Assembly: GCA_039969995.1 (NCBI GenBank)
Contig: JBDVMU010000006.1
Coordinates: 5,618-69,617 of the forward strand
DNA from: Rhizobiaceae bacterium
GTDB lineage: Bacteria > Pseudomonadota > Alphaproteobacteria > Rhizobiales > Rhizobiaceae
Length of the DNA: 64,000 nt
Direction of reading: 5' to 3'
Both the position numbers and the translations under genes were made by a program. The notes beneath the pieces are model-generated. The model worked only from the letters and a program-made list of their open reading frames with translations, was not told the DNA's origin and ran no database searches. Below are positions 46,885 through 57,052 of the stretch, one piece after another (within the stretch, counting starts at the first letter, position 1; each line of letters begins with the position of its first letter).

Positions 46885-47547
46885 GGGCACGCCATAGCTG
46901 GGGGCCTCGCGTGGGTCGAGCGCCCTTTGCACATAGGCATCCAGCTGCGGCTTGTAGATTTCCCAGGCCGTGGAGATATTTTCGATCGGGCAGTCCTCGG
47001 TCCAGTCACACCGCAAATCAGCCACCGGCCAAGATACTTTGTCGACCAGCAACATGCCAGCGGAATGCACCGGGCCGGCTTCGCCGCCTGCTGCCAGACC
47101 AGCTTTCATAGCGTGGATCAATCTATCACCCAAATGGCCGGTGGACGCGAGGAACGCATCAACGATTGCCTGCGGCACCTTTGCATCAGCCAATAAATTA
47201 CCACCACTGGCAACATTCAGCGCCTGGGCCTGCGACCAGATTCCCAGCGCCTGCTTACCGGAGTGAATTGCAGTTACTCCCTGCGCATCCACCATCAGCA
47301 CCTGGCGGTATTCAATATGTGCGCTGGAAGAACTGATTTGTGCGACAGCATCACGGGCATTCATCCCATGCTGCAACAGATCAAGTCCCAAGGGTCCCAA
47401 GGTCGGGTCGGTGATATTCTGGCTGGCCACAGCGCCGATGCCTGCTCTGGCATTGGAACAGCGGGCAGCGACTGCCGGGGAGGAAGAAGAGATGGTCACG
47501 CCGAACATTCCGGTTTGCTCACAGCGGGCGACAAGCGAAAATGTCAT
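46873..47547 (-). CDS. DUF1028 domain-containing protein (Ntn-hydrolase fold)
   Basis: The 224-aa product begins MTFSLVARCEQTGMFGVTISSSSPAVAARC. Confidence 0.85.
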   Translation of the reverse strand: MTFSLVARCEQTGMFGVTISSSSPAVAARCSNARAGIGAVASQNITDPTLGPLGLDLLQHGMNARDAVAQISSSSAHIEYRQVLMVDAQGVTAIHSGKQALGIWSQAQALNVASGGNLLADAKVPQAIVDAFLASTGHLGDRLIHAMKAGLAAGGEAGPVHSAGMLLVDKVSWPVADLRCDWTEDCPIENISTAWEIYKPQLDAYVQRALDPREAPSYGVPGDE

Positions 47548-47550
47548 GAT

Positions 47551-47973
47551 CTATTCCTCATCTGGAATGACCGCCGTGCCATCAATTTCAACCAGCCATT
47601 CCGGCCGCGCCAAAGCCTGTACCACCAGCCCGGTGGAAACCGGGTGCACGCCTTTGATGTATTCACCCATGGTGCGATAAACGGCTTCGCGGTGGCGCAC
47701 GTCTGTGATGTAAACAACCACTTTGACCAGGTGTTCCATCTGCCCGCCACATTCCTCAATCAACTGCTTGATGTTTTGCATTACCTTGTGGGTTTGCTCG
47801 ACCGGGTCGTGGCTGTCGATATTTTTGGCATCATCAAGATTCTGCGGGCATTGACCACGCAGGAAAATCATGGTGCCCCGAGCAACAACGGCCTGGGCGA
47901 GGTCATTATCAAGCTTCTGCTCGGGATAGGTTTCCTTCGTATTGAAAGTGCGGATGCGCTTATGGCTGGTCAT
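47551..47973 (-). CDS. RidA/YjgF family protein
   Basis: The 140-aa ORF contains VKVVVYITDVRHREAVYRTMGEY...VQALARPEWLVEIDG. Confidence 0.9.
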   Translation of the reverse strand: MTSHKRIRTFNTKETYPEQKLDNDLAQAVVARGTMIFLRGQCPQNLDDAKNIDSHDPVEQTHKVMQNIKQLIEECGGQMEHLVKVVVYITDVRHREAVYRTMGEYIKGVHPVSTGLVVQALARPEWLVEIDGTAVIPDEE

Positions 47974-48002
47974 CGGTGGTTCCGTTCAGGTTGGATGTCC
48001 TG

Positions 48003-49136
48003 TCAGCAAATGCGTTCGGCAAGATACTGGGCAAAGTCGTAGTTTGGACGTTCCAGATGGGAAAGCGGTCCAGGTTTGGCAAGATCCGAACTCAACCCTC
48101 GAAACACCTTCTCAGTACAGCCCTTGTCTTCCACGTTGACGTCATCCAACAGCGTTTTCAGCTGGGCAAAACTCTCTTGTGCATGGGGGTCATTGACGAA
48201 GTCGGGCGACATGCCCCCGCCAAAATAGATCTGCACCTTGTCACACCCCTTGGGGTGCAGCGACAAATACCAGAAATAGCCCGGCGTCAGGGTAATCATC
48301 AGGCTGGGATAGATCGCCAGCAGGAAGGTGGTGCGCCGACGGTCGCCCTTCATACGGGTGTTGTTGGGATGGGCAAGCGCAATCTTCAGCGACTCATCCT
48401 TGAGAATCGTGTGATAGTTGAAGGTTGGCAGGCCCGGAGGGCAAATCATCTCGTCCAGCTTGGACAATCCGCCAATCGTGCCCGCGTGACAGACCGGCAG
48501 GTGGTAGCTTTCCATGAAATTCTCAGCCAGAATTTTCCAGTTGGTGTCCCAGACATGGGTTTCAAAAAAAGTTTCTTCGTAGGTTTCCAGCTGATAATCG
48601 CCGATCAGGTCTTCGACCTCTGACAGGGCTTCTGCCACGGGCTCAGCCTCAGGATTGAGACTGACCATGATCCAGCCCAGCCATTCTTCACAGCGCACCG
48701 GTGGCAATTTCATACCGTCTTTGCAGAACGCACTGTTCTGGTTCATCGCCGGGGCACCCCGCAACGACCCATCCAGATTATAGGTCCAGGCATGATAGGG
48801 ACAGACAATCGATTTTGCATTGCCCCTGCCCTGCAACAAGGTCGACATGCGGTGCAGGCAGACATTCGACTGAGCCCGCAAAACACCTTCCCTGTCGCGG
48901 ACCACCATGATTGGCTGACCCGCCAGTTCCAGCGTCGTGTAATCACCAGGGTTGGCCAGTGACGAGGCGCGGCCAGCGCAAAACCAGTCCTTCTTGAATA
49001 CGCGTTCTAGCTCGCGGTCGAGAAATTCCTGAGAGGTGTAGACGCTCTTTGGCATCGCATGTGATTGTTCGAAGGGAACGGCTGCATTGCGCCGCAATTC
49101 GGAAATCGGATCAGCATCCATTAAAGGTACATTCAT
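48003..49136 (-). CDS. Rieske (2Fe-2S) non-heme iron oxygenase alpha subunit
   Basis: The ATG at 49136 follows AAGGAG. The Rieske motif is CLHR-x16-CPYH and the mononuclear iron motif is NFMESYHLPVCH. Confidence 0.9.
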   Translation of the reverse strand: MNVPLMDADPISELRRNAAVPFEQSHAMPKSVYTSQEFLDRELERVFKKDWFCAGRASSLANPGDYTTLELAGQPIMVVRDREGVLRAQSNVCLHRMSTLLQGRGNAKSIVCPYHAWTYNLDGSLRGAPAMNQNSAFCKDGMKLPPVRCEEWLGWIMVSLNPEAEPVAEALSEVEDLIGDYQLETYEETFFETHVWDTNWKILAENFMESYHLPVCHAGTIGGLSKLDEMICPPGLPTFNYHTILKDESLKIALAHPNNTRMKGDRRRTTFLLAIYPSLMITLTPGYFWYLSLHPKGCDKVQIYFGGGMSPDFVNDPHAQESFAQLKTLLDDVNVEDKGCTEKVFRGLSSDLAKPGPLSHLERPNYDFAQYLAERIC

Positions 49137-49346
49137 TTTGCCCAAATTCTCCTTCTTCTGCACGATTGCCAAATTTATTACCAATGTCAGGCACTTGGCT
49201 CAAGAGACCTTGTTGATGGGCCATGAGGCAAGCGAGAAAAATGAATCCATACCACTCTAATTCAATAGTAAAGCGCGAAATTCGGTCTTAGTGTAGCAAT
49301 CTGGAGCAGATAGGTTTGGGGCATCCTCTGGGGTTCGGATACAGAC

Positions 49347-50576
49347 ATGGCAGATGAATTCATCGATACGCTCATTGTTGGTGGCGGACAGGCCGGATTG
49401 GCCATCAGTGCCCATCTGCGCGATCAAAATGTACCGCACCTGATTCTGGAAAGAAGCCGCATTGGTGAGGCCTGGCGCACTGCGCGATGGGATTCCTTGG
49501 TGGCGAATGGCCCGGCCTGGCATGACCGCTTTCCCGCAAAAGAATTTGCCGATGTTGACGGCGATGCCTTTGCACCCAAGGACAGCGTCGTGCGCTACCT
49601 TGAGGAATTTGCAGGCCAGATTGACGCTCCAATACGCTGCGGTGTGGAAGCGACCAAGATTGAGACCAAACCTACCGATGACGGCTACAGGATCGAGACC
49701 GACCCCGGAGTGATCGAAGCGCGCAATGTGGTTGTCGCGACCGGGCCATTTCAAAAACCGATCATCCCACCCCTTGTGCCGGAAACGCAGAGCCTGACAC
49801 AGCTCCATTCCCACGGCTATAAAAACCCCGACCAGTTGGAGCAAGGCGCAGTTCTTGTGGTAGGGGCCGGGTCCTCCGGTGGACAGATCGCCGATGAATT
49901 GCTGCGCGCCGGGCGCAATGTCTTTTTGTCGGTTGGCCCCCATGATCGCCCCCCGCGCAGCTATCGCGGAAAAGACTTTGTCTGGTGGCTCGGTGTCCTC
50001 GGCAAATGGCAAGCCAAAACCCCACCAGTTGGTCGTGAGCATGTAACCATCTCCGTCAGCGGGGCTCATGGCGGCAAGACAGTAGACTTCAGACATTTTG
50101 CCGAGCGGGGTATGGTGTTAGTTGGCATGGCCGCAGGCTTTCAAAACGGTGTCATGCAATTTGCTGCAGACCTTAGTGACAACATTGCCCAAGGCGACGC
50201 CAACTATCTTTCCGTGCTCGAAGAAGCCGACACCTACATCAACCAGCAAGGTCTCGATTTCCCGCTGGAGCCAGAGGCAAAGGAACTTGGCCCGGAACCG
50301 GAATGTGCGCGCAATCCGATTACCCAACTGGATCTGGAGGCAAAGGGCATAAAGACCATCATCTGGGCCACCGGTTACGCCCAGGATTTCAAGTGGCTCC
50401 AGGTTGATGCCTTCGATGCACAAAACCTGCCCGTCCATGATCGCGGCGTCTCGAAACAACCCGGGATATATTTCCTTGGCCTTCCCTGGCTTTCGATGCG
50501 CGGTTCATCGTTTATCTGGGGCGTTTGGGAAGATGCCAAATATCTCGCAAACCACATCAGTCTGCGACGAGAATAG
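49347..50576 (+). CDS. Flavin-containing monooxygenase-like NAD(P)/FAD-dependent oxidoreductase
   Basis: The 409-aa ORF has TLIVGGGQAGLA and a second dinucleotide motif, LVVGAGSSGGQIA. Confidence 0.85.
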   Translation: MADEFIDTLIVGGGQAGLAISAHLRDQNVPHLILERSRIGEAWRTARWDSLVANGPAWHDRFPAKEFADVDGDAFAPKDSVVRYLEEFAGQIDAPIRCGVEATKIETKPTDDGYRIETDPGVIEARNVVVATGPFQKPIIPPLVPETQSLTQLHSHGYKNPDQLEQGAVLVVGAGSSGGQIADELLRAGRNVFLSVGPHDRPPRSYRGKDFVWWLGVLGKWQAKTPPVGREHVTISVSGAHGGKTVDFRHFAERGMVLVGMAAGFQNGVMQFAADLSDNIAQGDANYLSVLEEADTYINQQGLDFPLEPEAKELGPEPECARNPITQLDLEAKGIKTIIWATGYAQDFKWLQVDAFDAQNLPVHDRGVSKQPGIYFLGLPWLSMRGSSFIWGVWEDAKYLANHISLRRE

Positions 50577-50577
50577 C

Positions 50578-50597
50578 AGCGGGCGGCGAGCGGCGAG
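50578..50597. repeat. Short CGGCGAG tandem (reverse orientation of CTCGCCG) 3' of a stop codon
   Basis: Read directly: cagcggg cggcgag cggcgag. Confidence 0.7.
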
Positions 50598-50624
50598 CAA
50601 TGGATAGCAAGCCAGTCCCGAATG

Positions 50625-51875
50625 CTAGCGCATCGCAACAATACCGTCGGCGACCCAACCATCCAGAATACGCAAAGCTTCGTCAGCGAAGGCCTGATCA
50701 TTGATGTGAGCGTCAATTTCCGAAAAACCGATCGGTGGCTTTATCACCTGGCGCATTTCATCACAGAATGCAGCAAGACCTTCGGGGTCATAAGCCGGTT
50801 CGCCTTGCTTATCCCACTCCTCGATACCTTGATTGGACAGGATCACATGGGTTGGCGCAGACGATGGCAACAGACGTTTGGCGATTTCTCGCGCCGTTTC
50901 ACGTCGTTCCTCGGCGTTCAGGCCGGCGGATTTGATCAACCGATTGTGCTCATGGAATGGCCTGTCCTGAAAGCGCTCAGGAATATCTTGCCATCCCGCA
51001 TAGTCGATCAGGTCGAGACAACCCGGCGCGACGAGCTGAGGAATGCCAGCCCTGCCCGCATTGCGCATCCTTTCGGGTCCGGCATTAATGACCGACCCAA
51101 CCATCCAATTGCCCAGCTCCGGCAATGCAAAGTCCATTACGCAGGCGAATCCACCCTTGGCAGCAATATTCTCATAGGCCATTCCCCCCATGCCGGTGGC
51201 ATGAAAAATCGCCACCTCAAAGCCGCGATCTTCAAGTGCTGGTTTCAATAGTTTCATATAAGAAAGGCAGGAAGAACCAAGACTGGTCATGCCGATGACT
51301 GGACGGTCGGCGGTCGGCGGTTCAACCGCACGCGCGGCCCCCAGAACCGCCCCTGCGGCCTGGCTGAGTGACGACTTGCAGAACGAGTTCAATCCATAAA
51401 GCCCCCCGGCCCAAAGGATCATCTGAATATCTGCAGACAGACGTTCGGCAGGAATGATTGGCGAGAAGGAGACCGTTGATATTATGTATTTCGGCACGCC
51501 AAGCGGCAGACTGCGCGCGCAATCCAACGCCAGATCCGTCCCCATTGTGCCACCCATGGCAACCATACCATCAATCTTACCGTCGCTGTGCAATCGCGCA
51601 GTCAAGGCAGCCGAGCCCTTTGCCATGATCTGCATGGCGGTGTTTTCGTCTCCGGAATCAATCGCTGAGAGAATACTGGACCCGGCGGCTTCTGCAACTT
51701 GGTGCTTTGAAATATCGGTCGGCTGGGCAGGATCGCCCAGCACACTGACATCCATGGTCAACGGAGTGCCACCCTGCGACCGAATGCGTTCGGCGAGATA
51801 AATCAGTTCGTCAGACTTGGTGTCGAATGTTCCAATGACCAAAATGGTTTTGTTTTGTGACATGCGTTTCTTCAA
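50625..51875 (-). CDS. Tm-1-like ATP-binding domain protein (UPF0261 family)
   Basis: The 416-aa ORF contains KTILVIGTFDTKSDELIYLAERI. Confidence 0.85.
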   Translation of the reverse strand: MKKRMSQNKTILVIGTFDTKSDELIYLAERIRSQGGTPLTMDVSVLGDPAQPTDISKHQVAEAAGSSILSAIDSGDENTAMQIMAKGSAALTARLHSDGKIDGMVAMGGTMGTDLALDCARSLPLGVPKYIISTVSFSPIIPAERLSADIQMILWAGGLYGLNSFCKSSLSQAAGAVLGAARAVEPPTADRPVIGMTSLGSSCLSYMKLLKPALEDRGFEVAIFHATGMGGMAYENIAAKGGFACVMDFALPELGNWMVGSVINAGPERMRNAGRAGIPQLVAPGCLDLIDYAGWQDIPERFQDRPFHEHNRLIKSAGLNAEERRETAREIAKRLLPSSAPTHVILSNQGIEEWDKQGEPAYDPEGLAAFCDEMRQVIKPPIGFSEIDAHINDQAFADEALRILDGWVADGIVAMR

Positions 51876-51896
51876 ACCCTTCCTGGGATTCTGCGG

Positions 51897-53384
51897 TCAA
51901 GCTTCTGTTGGCTGTTTTCTTGCACGGACCAACGACACAACGTGGATGGCCAGCACAATGATAATCAGGGTGAATATACCTGCTGCCATGGGCCGGCTGA
52001 TCCAATCATAGAGCGTATCAATGCGGGGAAGTGAGGTGCGGAAACGGGATTCGGCAATGCCCCCCAACACCATGCCCAAAATGATCGGCACGACAGGAAG
52101 GTCGAGGCGACGCAACACCATGCCAAGCAGCCCAAAACATGCAGCGATGATGCAATCCGTGAAGGAATTTCGCAGCGAATAAACGCCGACAAAAGACAAA
52201 GTGAGAATGGTCATTCCAAGGAACCGATTGGGAATCGATACCACCTTCAATAACGGCCTTGTGGCGAAGACCAAAAACAGCAGTGCAATAACATTGAGCA
52301 TCAAAAGGCACAGATAAAGAGCCATGACAAAATCCATCTGATCCCGGAACAGTCCGGGACCAGGCACGATATTGTGGACATAGAATACGGACAACATCAT
52401 TGCCGTCAGCGCTTCGCCGGGAATACCCAGCGCCAGCAGCGGGATCATCGCCGCCGCAGGCACCGCGTTGTTGGCCGCTTCCGAGGCGATAATGCCTTCC
52501 GGGGCGCCCTTGCCGATGCGCTCAGGGTTTTTGCTGATTTTCTGCGTCCAACTGTAGGATAGGAATTGTGCGGTAAATTCACCGACACCGGGGATGATCC
52601 CCATGATTGTGCCAAATCCGGCACCGGGCAAAGCGACCTTGGGAAAGCGGGTTACCTCACGCAGTCCGGAAAACAACCCGCCCTTGACCTCTGGCGTTTT
52701 CACGGCGCTGTCCTTGCCGACCAACAGCACGAAAGCCTGTGACAGGGCGAACAGTCCGAGCACCGTGACGATCAGGTCAACCCCGGACGCAAGCCAGGTC
52801 TGTCCGAAGGTATAGCGCTGGGAATATTGCACTGGTTCCAGGCCAATAGATTCCAGGAAGATTCCAAAAAACAGCAACGACCCCGCAGCAAGACTGCGAC
52901 CCCGATGGGCGATAACCACCAATAACATGCCCAGCACGGCGGCGAGGAAGATCTCTCTGGAGCCGAACAAGGGGGCAATCTTGGCCAGATAGGGCGTAAA
53001 GGCCATAAGGCAGACCACCGATACCACTCCGCCAACAAACGACGCCCCATAGGCCAGCGACAAGGCACGCGGCGCCTCCCCCCGTTTGGTCATCGGATAC
53101 CCGTCATAGGTGGTCAGCGCGTTGACCGGCGTGCCAGGGGTATTGATCAGAATTGCTGGTATCGCACCGCCATACATGGCCGAGCCATAGATGCCCAGAA
53201 GCAGTGTCAGGCCGACAACCGGCTCCAACGAAAAGGTTGCTGGCAGCAAGATCGCGATGGCAATTGCCGGGCCGACGCCAGGAATAGCGCCTATTACAAC
53301 GCCGCCAATCGCTCCGATCAGCAGCGCCAGAATAACATCTGGCCGGGCGATGATTTCAATTGCAGAGAGAAGCAGATCCATCAT
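51897..53384 (-). CDS. tctA: Tripartite tricarboxylate transporter large permease
   Basis: The 495-aa polytopic ORF has a TctA-like sequence. Confidence 0.9.
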   Translation of the reverse strand: MMDLLLSAIEIIARPDVILALLIGAIGGVVIGAIPGVGPAIAIAILLPATFSLEPVVGLTLLLGIYGSAMYGGAIPAILINTPGTPVNALTTYDGYPMTKRGEAPRALSLAYGASFVGGVVSVVCLMAFTPYLAKIAPLFGSREIFLAAVLGMLLVVIAHRGRSLAAGSLLFFGIFLESIGLEPVQYSQRYTFGQTWLASGVDLIVTVLGLFALSQAFVLLVGKDSAVKTPEVKGGLFSGLREVTRFPKVALPGAGFGTIMGIIPGVGEFTAQFLSYSWTQKISKNPERIGKGAPEGIIASEAANNAVPAAAMIPLLALGIPGEALTAMMLSVFYVHNIVPGPGLFRDQMDFVMALYLCLLMLNVIALLFLVFATRPLLKVVSIPNRFLGMTILTLSFVGVYSLRNSFTDCIIAACFGLLGMVLRRLDLPVVPIILGMVLGGIAESRFRTSLPRIDTLYDWISRPMAAGIFTLIIIVLAIHVVSLVRARKQPTEA

Positions 53385-53389
53385 CCAAC

Positions 53390-53941
53390 CTAGAAATTGA
53401 GGATCATGAAATTGCGTAGAGCCGCGGGCAGCGATTCATAAATTTGCCCGCCAGGAATTTTCACCGACAACATGGACTTAAACACAAGAACGATAGAAAA
53501 ACCCGTCAGTGCTGCAGCAGCAAGGCGGGGCCTGGATCGGTAACCCAACCGCCAGGTCAGCAGGACACAAAACAGCAAAGTGGCAAGCAGGTAACCGATT
53601 GTCGGCACCACCGTCACGTAAACCAGAAACCAACCGGCAAATTCGATGGCCTTGAGCCAGTCGAACAATTCAGCGGCCACATCGCCAGTGGCCCTGGAGC
53701 GAAAACGGCGAACGGTGACAATCAATTCCCCTGCCCCGAAGAGCACCATTCCGCAGATGGCCATGACAGGCCAAAAGCCCGGTTGATTGATTAGACTTTT
53801 GCTGGAACTCCAGGTGACCTGCGAACCAATCTGACTAAGCAGAAACAGTCCAATGCCAAAGGCCACAAACGCAAAGACAAGCTCTGCCCGATGTGGGGGT
53901 TTTTCACCTGCCGTAACCGGCTCAGCTTGCGAACGCTCCAT
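53390..53941 (-). CDS. tctB: Tripartite tricarboxylate transporter small membrane protein
   Basis: The 183-aa ORF has 4 TM helices and lies between the tctC and tctA genes. Confidence 0.8.
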   Translation of the reverse strand: MERSQAEPVTAGEKPPHRAELVFAFVAFGIGLFLLSQIGSQVTWSSSKSLINQPGFWPVMAICGMVLFGAGELIVTVRRFRSRATGDVAAELFDWLKAIEFAGWFLVYVTVVPTIGYLLATLLFCVLLTWRLGYRSRPRLAAAALTGFSIVLVFKSMLSVKIPGGQIYESLPAALRNFMILNF

Positions 53942-54052
53942 GATCGGCCCAGCAAAGTAGAAATTAGGATGGTAACAGGGGGCACGAATTGTGCCGCCCT
54001 GTCAAACTTGGTGGGGGATCAGCGTCCGAAGTCCCCAATCCCGACGACGACC

Positions 54053-55000
54053 TTATTGCAGGATCTCGTTCAACCGGTCGAAGACTTTTGTATCCGCTTC
54101 GATCTGAGTGGAAGAAGCAGCTGCATCTTTCCAATAAATCTGGGCGCCAGTTTCCTTGGCAAATTTCTGCGCCTTGTCGCTGGCAATCACCCGCTTGGCC
54201 GCAGCTTCGATTTTTGCCCGTGCATCAGCCGGAGTGTCCTTGTGAACAAACAGGCCGTTCCACAGAGCAACGTTCAACGAAGCATCCAATTCGCCAACCG
54301 TTGGAGCATCGGGTGCCAAAGAAATGCGTTCCTCGGTTACGGCAGCCAGAATGTTGACTTTATCCAGGCACGGCATCACCAACTGGATCGTTGTGTTCAT
54401 CACGTCGACGTCACCGGAAGCGATGGTGTTGCAATCCAGCGCATCAAAGGCAGCATCAGAGGCATAGGAAAAGCCCATATTCTTGGCCATCGCCAACGAC
54501 ACTTTGGTCGGGATCAACGGCGCACCGAAATGTCCCAGAATCACTTTGTTGGACTTGGCATGTTCAGCCAACTCGGCCATCGACTGATACGGCGCATCTT
54601 TGGCCGCTACCAGCACGAATGGATAGGTCAAAAAGATACCGACTGGCTCAAAGGGATTCGGGTTGAGCTCGGGGATACCGATGCGCGGGCCGACAATCGG
54701 TACGCCAATCACAAAAGAACCAACTGTGTGGCCGTCTGGAGCCGCTTTCGCTACCTCCACGGCTCCTGGAAATGGACCAGCACCCTTACCTGGCTTGTTG
54801 ACCACTGCTGCAGGTTGGCCATAGGCGTTTTGCATATCTTCGGCAATCATACGTGTCAGAACATCTTCCAGATCACCGGGAGGCCACGGCACGATGAACT
54901 CGACGGGCTTGTTTGGATACTCCGCCTGTGCAGGCAGGGTGACGGCTGCAGATACACTCAGGACTGACGCGCATAGCAGGCTGCTAAGAACTTTCTTCAT
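54053..55000 (-). CDS. tctC: Tripartite tricarboxylate transporter substrate-binding protein (Bug family)
   Basis: The ATG at 55000 follows GGGAGA. The product has the signal peptide MKKVLSSLLCASVLSVSAAVTLPAQA followed by EYPNKPVEFIVPWPPG. Confidence 0.88.
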   Translation of the reverse strand: MKKVLSSLLCASVLSVSAAVTLPAQAEYPNKPVEFIVPWPPGDLEDVLTRMIAEDMQNAYGQPAAVVNKPGKGAGPFPGAVEVAKAAPDGHTVGSFVIGVPIVGPRIGIPELNPNPFEPVGIFLTYPFVLVAAKDAPYQSMAELAEHAKSNKVILGHFGAPLIPTKVSLAMAKNMGFSYASDAAFDALDCNTIASGDVDVMNTTIQLVMPCLDKVNILAAVTEERISLAPDAPTVGELDASLNVALWNGLFVHKDTPADARAKIEAAAKRVIASDKAQKFAKETGAQIYWKDAAASSTQIEADTKVFDRLNEILQ

Positions 55001-55114
55001 TGACTTCTCCCATTTTAATTGGTTCATTATTTGAACCCGTTGTTCAAGATATTCAATCTAGAATGAGCATCTGTCAAGCAGACAACAGACACAATGGAGA
55101 GGCAAGGACCCGCC

Positions 55115-55864
55115 ATGGGAACCATTGCAAAAGCTTTGCAACTTCTGACTCACTTTTCATCTGACCTGCCGGAAATAGGGCTTAGCCAATTTGTTCAGCT
55201 GACTGGAGAAGACAAAGCCACTCTACACCGGCGTTTGGGCGAACTGAAACAGTCTGGTTTTTTGCATCAAGACGACACCTCAAGAGCCTATCGATTGGGA
55301 CCGGCCATCTCGCGGCTCGAGATTGTCAAGGAGACCACATTCCCGGCACGGCGGGCAGCCATGGACGTGCTGCGCAAGCTCAATCAGCAGGTTAGCGAAA
55401 CAGTCCATGTTTCAGTGATCCAGGGGAATCAAGGTTTGAGCACGCTGGCACATATCGATGACCCCACGCACGGTATTCGGGTCTACATGGACACCAACGA
55501 GTTGCTGCCCTTTCATGCGACGGCATCAGGTTTATCCGTGCTGGCGTTCGTCGATCGGGAACGGGCCGACAAGATTCTCAAGAAAGGGTTGCCGAAATAT
55601 ACTGCAGATACACTGACCAATGTGGCGCGGGTGCGAAATCTGCTGATCGACTTTCGCAGGGAAGGCTATTCCCAATCCAATGGCGGGTTTGAACTGGATG
55701 TTGTCGGACTTGCCATGCCACTGTTTGATCATCGTGATGATTGCGCCGGAGCTATCGCGATAGCCGCACCTTCCTCGCGAATGGACAGCCAGCGGATCGA
55801 GGCACTTTTGCCCCGACTTCAAGATGCAGCGAGCCAGATTTCAGCGGCTTGGAAAAGACAATAG
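55115..55864 (+). CDS. IclR family transcriptional regulator
   Basis: The product begins MGTIAKALQLLTHF. An alternative start lies at 55094. The gene is divergent from the tctCBA operon. Confidence 0.88.
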   Translation: MGTIAKALQLLTHFSSDLPEIGLSQFVQLTGEDKATLHRRLGELKQSGFLHQDDTSRAYRLGPAISRLEIVKETTFPARRAAMDVLRKLNQQVSETVHVSVIQGNQGLSTLAHIDDPTHGIRVYMDTNELLPFHATASGLSVLAFVDRERADKILKKGLPKYTADTLTNVARVRNLLIDFRREGYSQSNGGFELDVVGLAMPLFDHRDDCAGAIAIAAPSSRMDSQRIEALLPRLQDAASQISAAWKRQ

Positions 55865-55966
55865 GCGCTTACAAAAAGTGTGGCTTGAACAATACCTATC
55901 CACTAGTGTCCGCCGCGACGCGACGACCCGCCTGGGTCGGTTCGGCTGGCTGGAGGAATCAATTCA

Positions 55967-57034
55967 ATGACCCAATCTGCAACCGACCCTGATCGGTCGT
56001 ACAAGATCGGTGTGGTTGGCGCCGGCCTGATTGGCCGCAAACATATCGATATCGCCGCGGCGGCAAACGCGCTGCACGCCATCATTGATCCGTTCGAACC
56101 AGGGCGCGAACTGGCGCAGGAAAAGCAATGCCTGTGGACCCCAAATCTGGATGAATATCTCTCCAGCCACAAGCCCGATGGCGTAATTATCGCCACCCCA
56201 AACCAACTGCATGTGGCACATGGTCTGGCCTGCACCCGCCACAAAGTCCCAATGCTGATTGAAAAACCAATTGCCGACATTCCCGAGCAAGCCGAGGAAC
56301 TGGTGAAACAGGCCGCCGCCGCTGGAGTGCCCATATTGGTTGGCCATCACCGTCGCCACAATCCCCTGATCAAAGCGGCAAAATCGTCGATTGTTGAGGG
56401 CAAAATAGGCCAGATTGTTTCTGTCCACGCCCAGTTCTGGCTACGCAAGCCGGATGACTATTTTGATGTCGAATGGCGACGCTCAAAAGGAGCTGGTCCT
56501 ATTTTCATCAACCTCATTCATGACATAGATCTGCTGCGCCACTTGTGTGGCGAGGTGGTGCAGGTTCAGGCCATGGAAGCCAACAGGACACGTGGTCATG
56601 AGGTGGAGGACAGCGCAGCCGTGCTGCTGAAGTTTGATAACGGAGCACTTGGCACCGTCTCCGTATCAGATGCCATTCCGGCACCCTGGAGTTGGGAGCT
56701 GACCGCCAAGGAAAACCCGGCCTATCCGGCAACGGACGCTAATTGCTATACGATTGGTGGAACGATGGGTGCATTGTCGATTCCTGATTTGACCTTGTGG
56801 ACCCAGCCGCAGGAGCAAAGCTGGTGGGCACCTATCGACCACAACAACGTGCCTTACGATGCGGCCGATCCATTGCCGCTTCAGTTCCAGCATTTCCTCG
56901 ATGTTATCGATGGCAAAGTGGAGCCCCTGGCCAGCGGGGTGGAAGGATTGCGAACCTTACGGGTGATCAGCGCCATTAAGGCCGCAGGAGAAACCGGCAA
57001 GGCGCAAACAGTTGCGAGCACCAAGCTGGCCTGA
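55967..57034 (+). CDS. Gfo/Idh/MocA family oxidoreductase
   Basis: The 355-aa ORF has YKIGVVGAGLIGRKH and EKP motifs. Confidence 0.88.
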   Translation: MTQSATDPDRSYKIGVVGAGLIGRKHIDIAAAANALHAIIDPFEPGRELAQEKQCLWTPNLDEYLSSHKPDGVIIATPNQLHVAHGLACTRHKVPMLIEKPIADIPEQAEELVKQAAAAGVPILVGHHRRHNPLIKAAKSSIVEGKIGQIVSVHAQFWLRKPDDYFDVEWRRSKGAGPIFINLIHDIDLLRHLCGEVVQVQAMEANRTRGHEVEDSAAVLLKFDNGALGTVSVSDAIPAPWSWELTAKENPAYPATDANCYTIGGTMGALSIPDLTLWTQPQEQSWWAPIDHNNVPYDAADPLPLQFQHFLDVIDGKVEPLASGVEGLRTLRVISAIKAAGETGKAQTVASTKLA

Positions 57035-57052
57035 TTGACAGTGACGAACTGA

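Noticed and set aside
47263-48623. Plus-strand ORFs 47263..48042 and 47976..48623.
   Set aside because: They are antisense to the RidA and Rieske oxygenase genes, which have clear catalytic motifs.
49257-50096. A 279-aa minus-strand ORF.
   Set aside because: It is antisense to the flavin monooxygenase gene, which has two clear dinucleotide-binding motifs.
53891-54967. A 358-aa plus-strand ORF.
   Set aside because: It is antisense to tctC, which has a signal peptide and Bug-family motifs. The ORF has no family resemblance.
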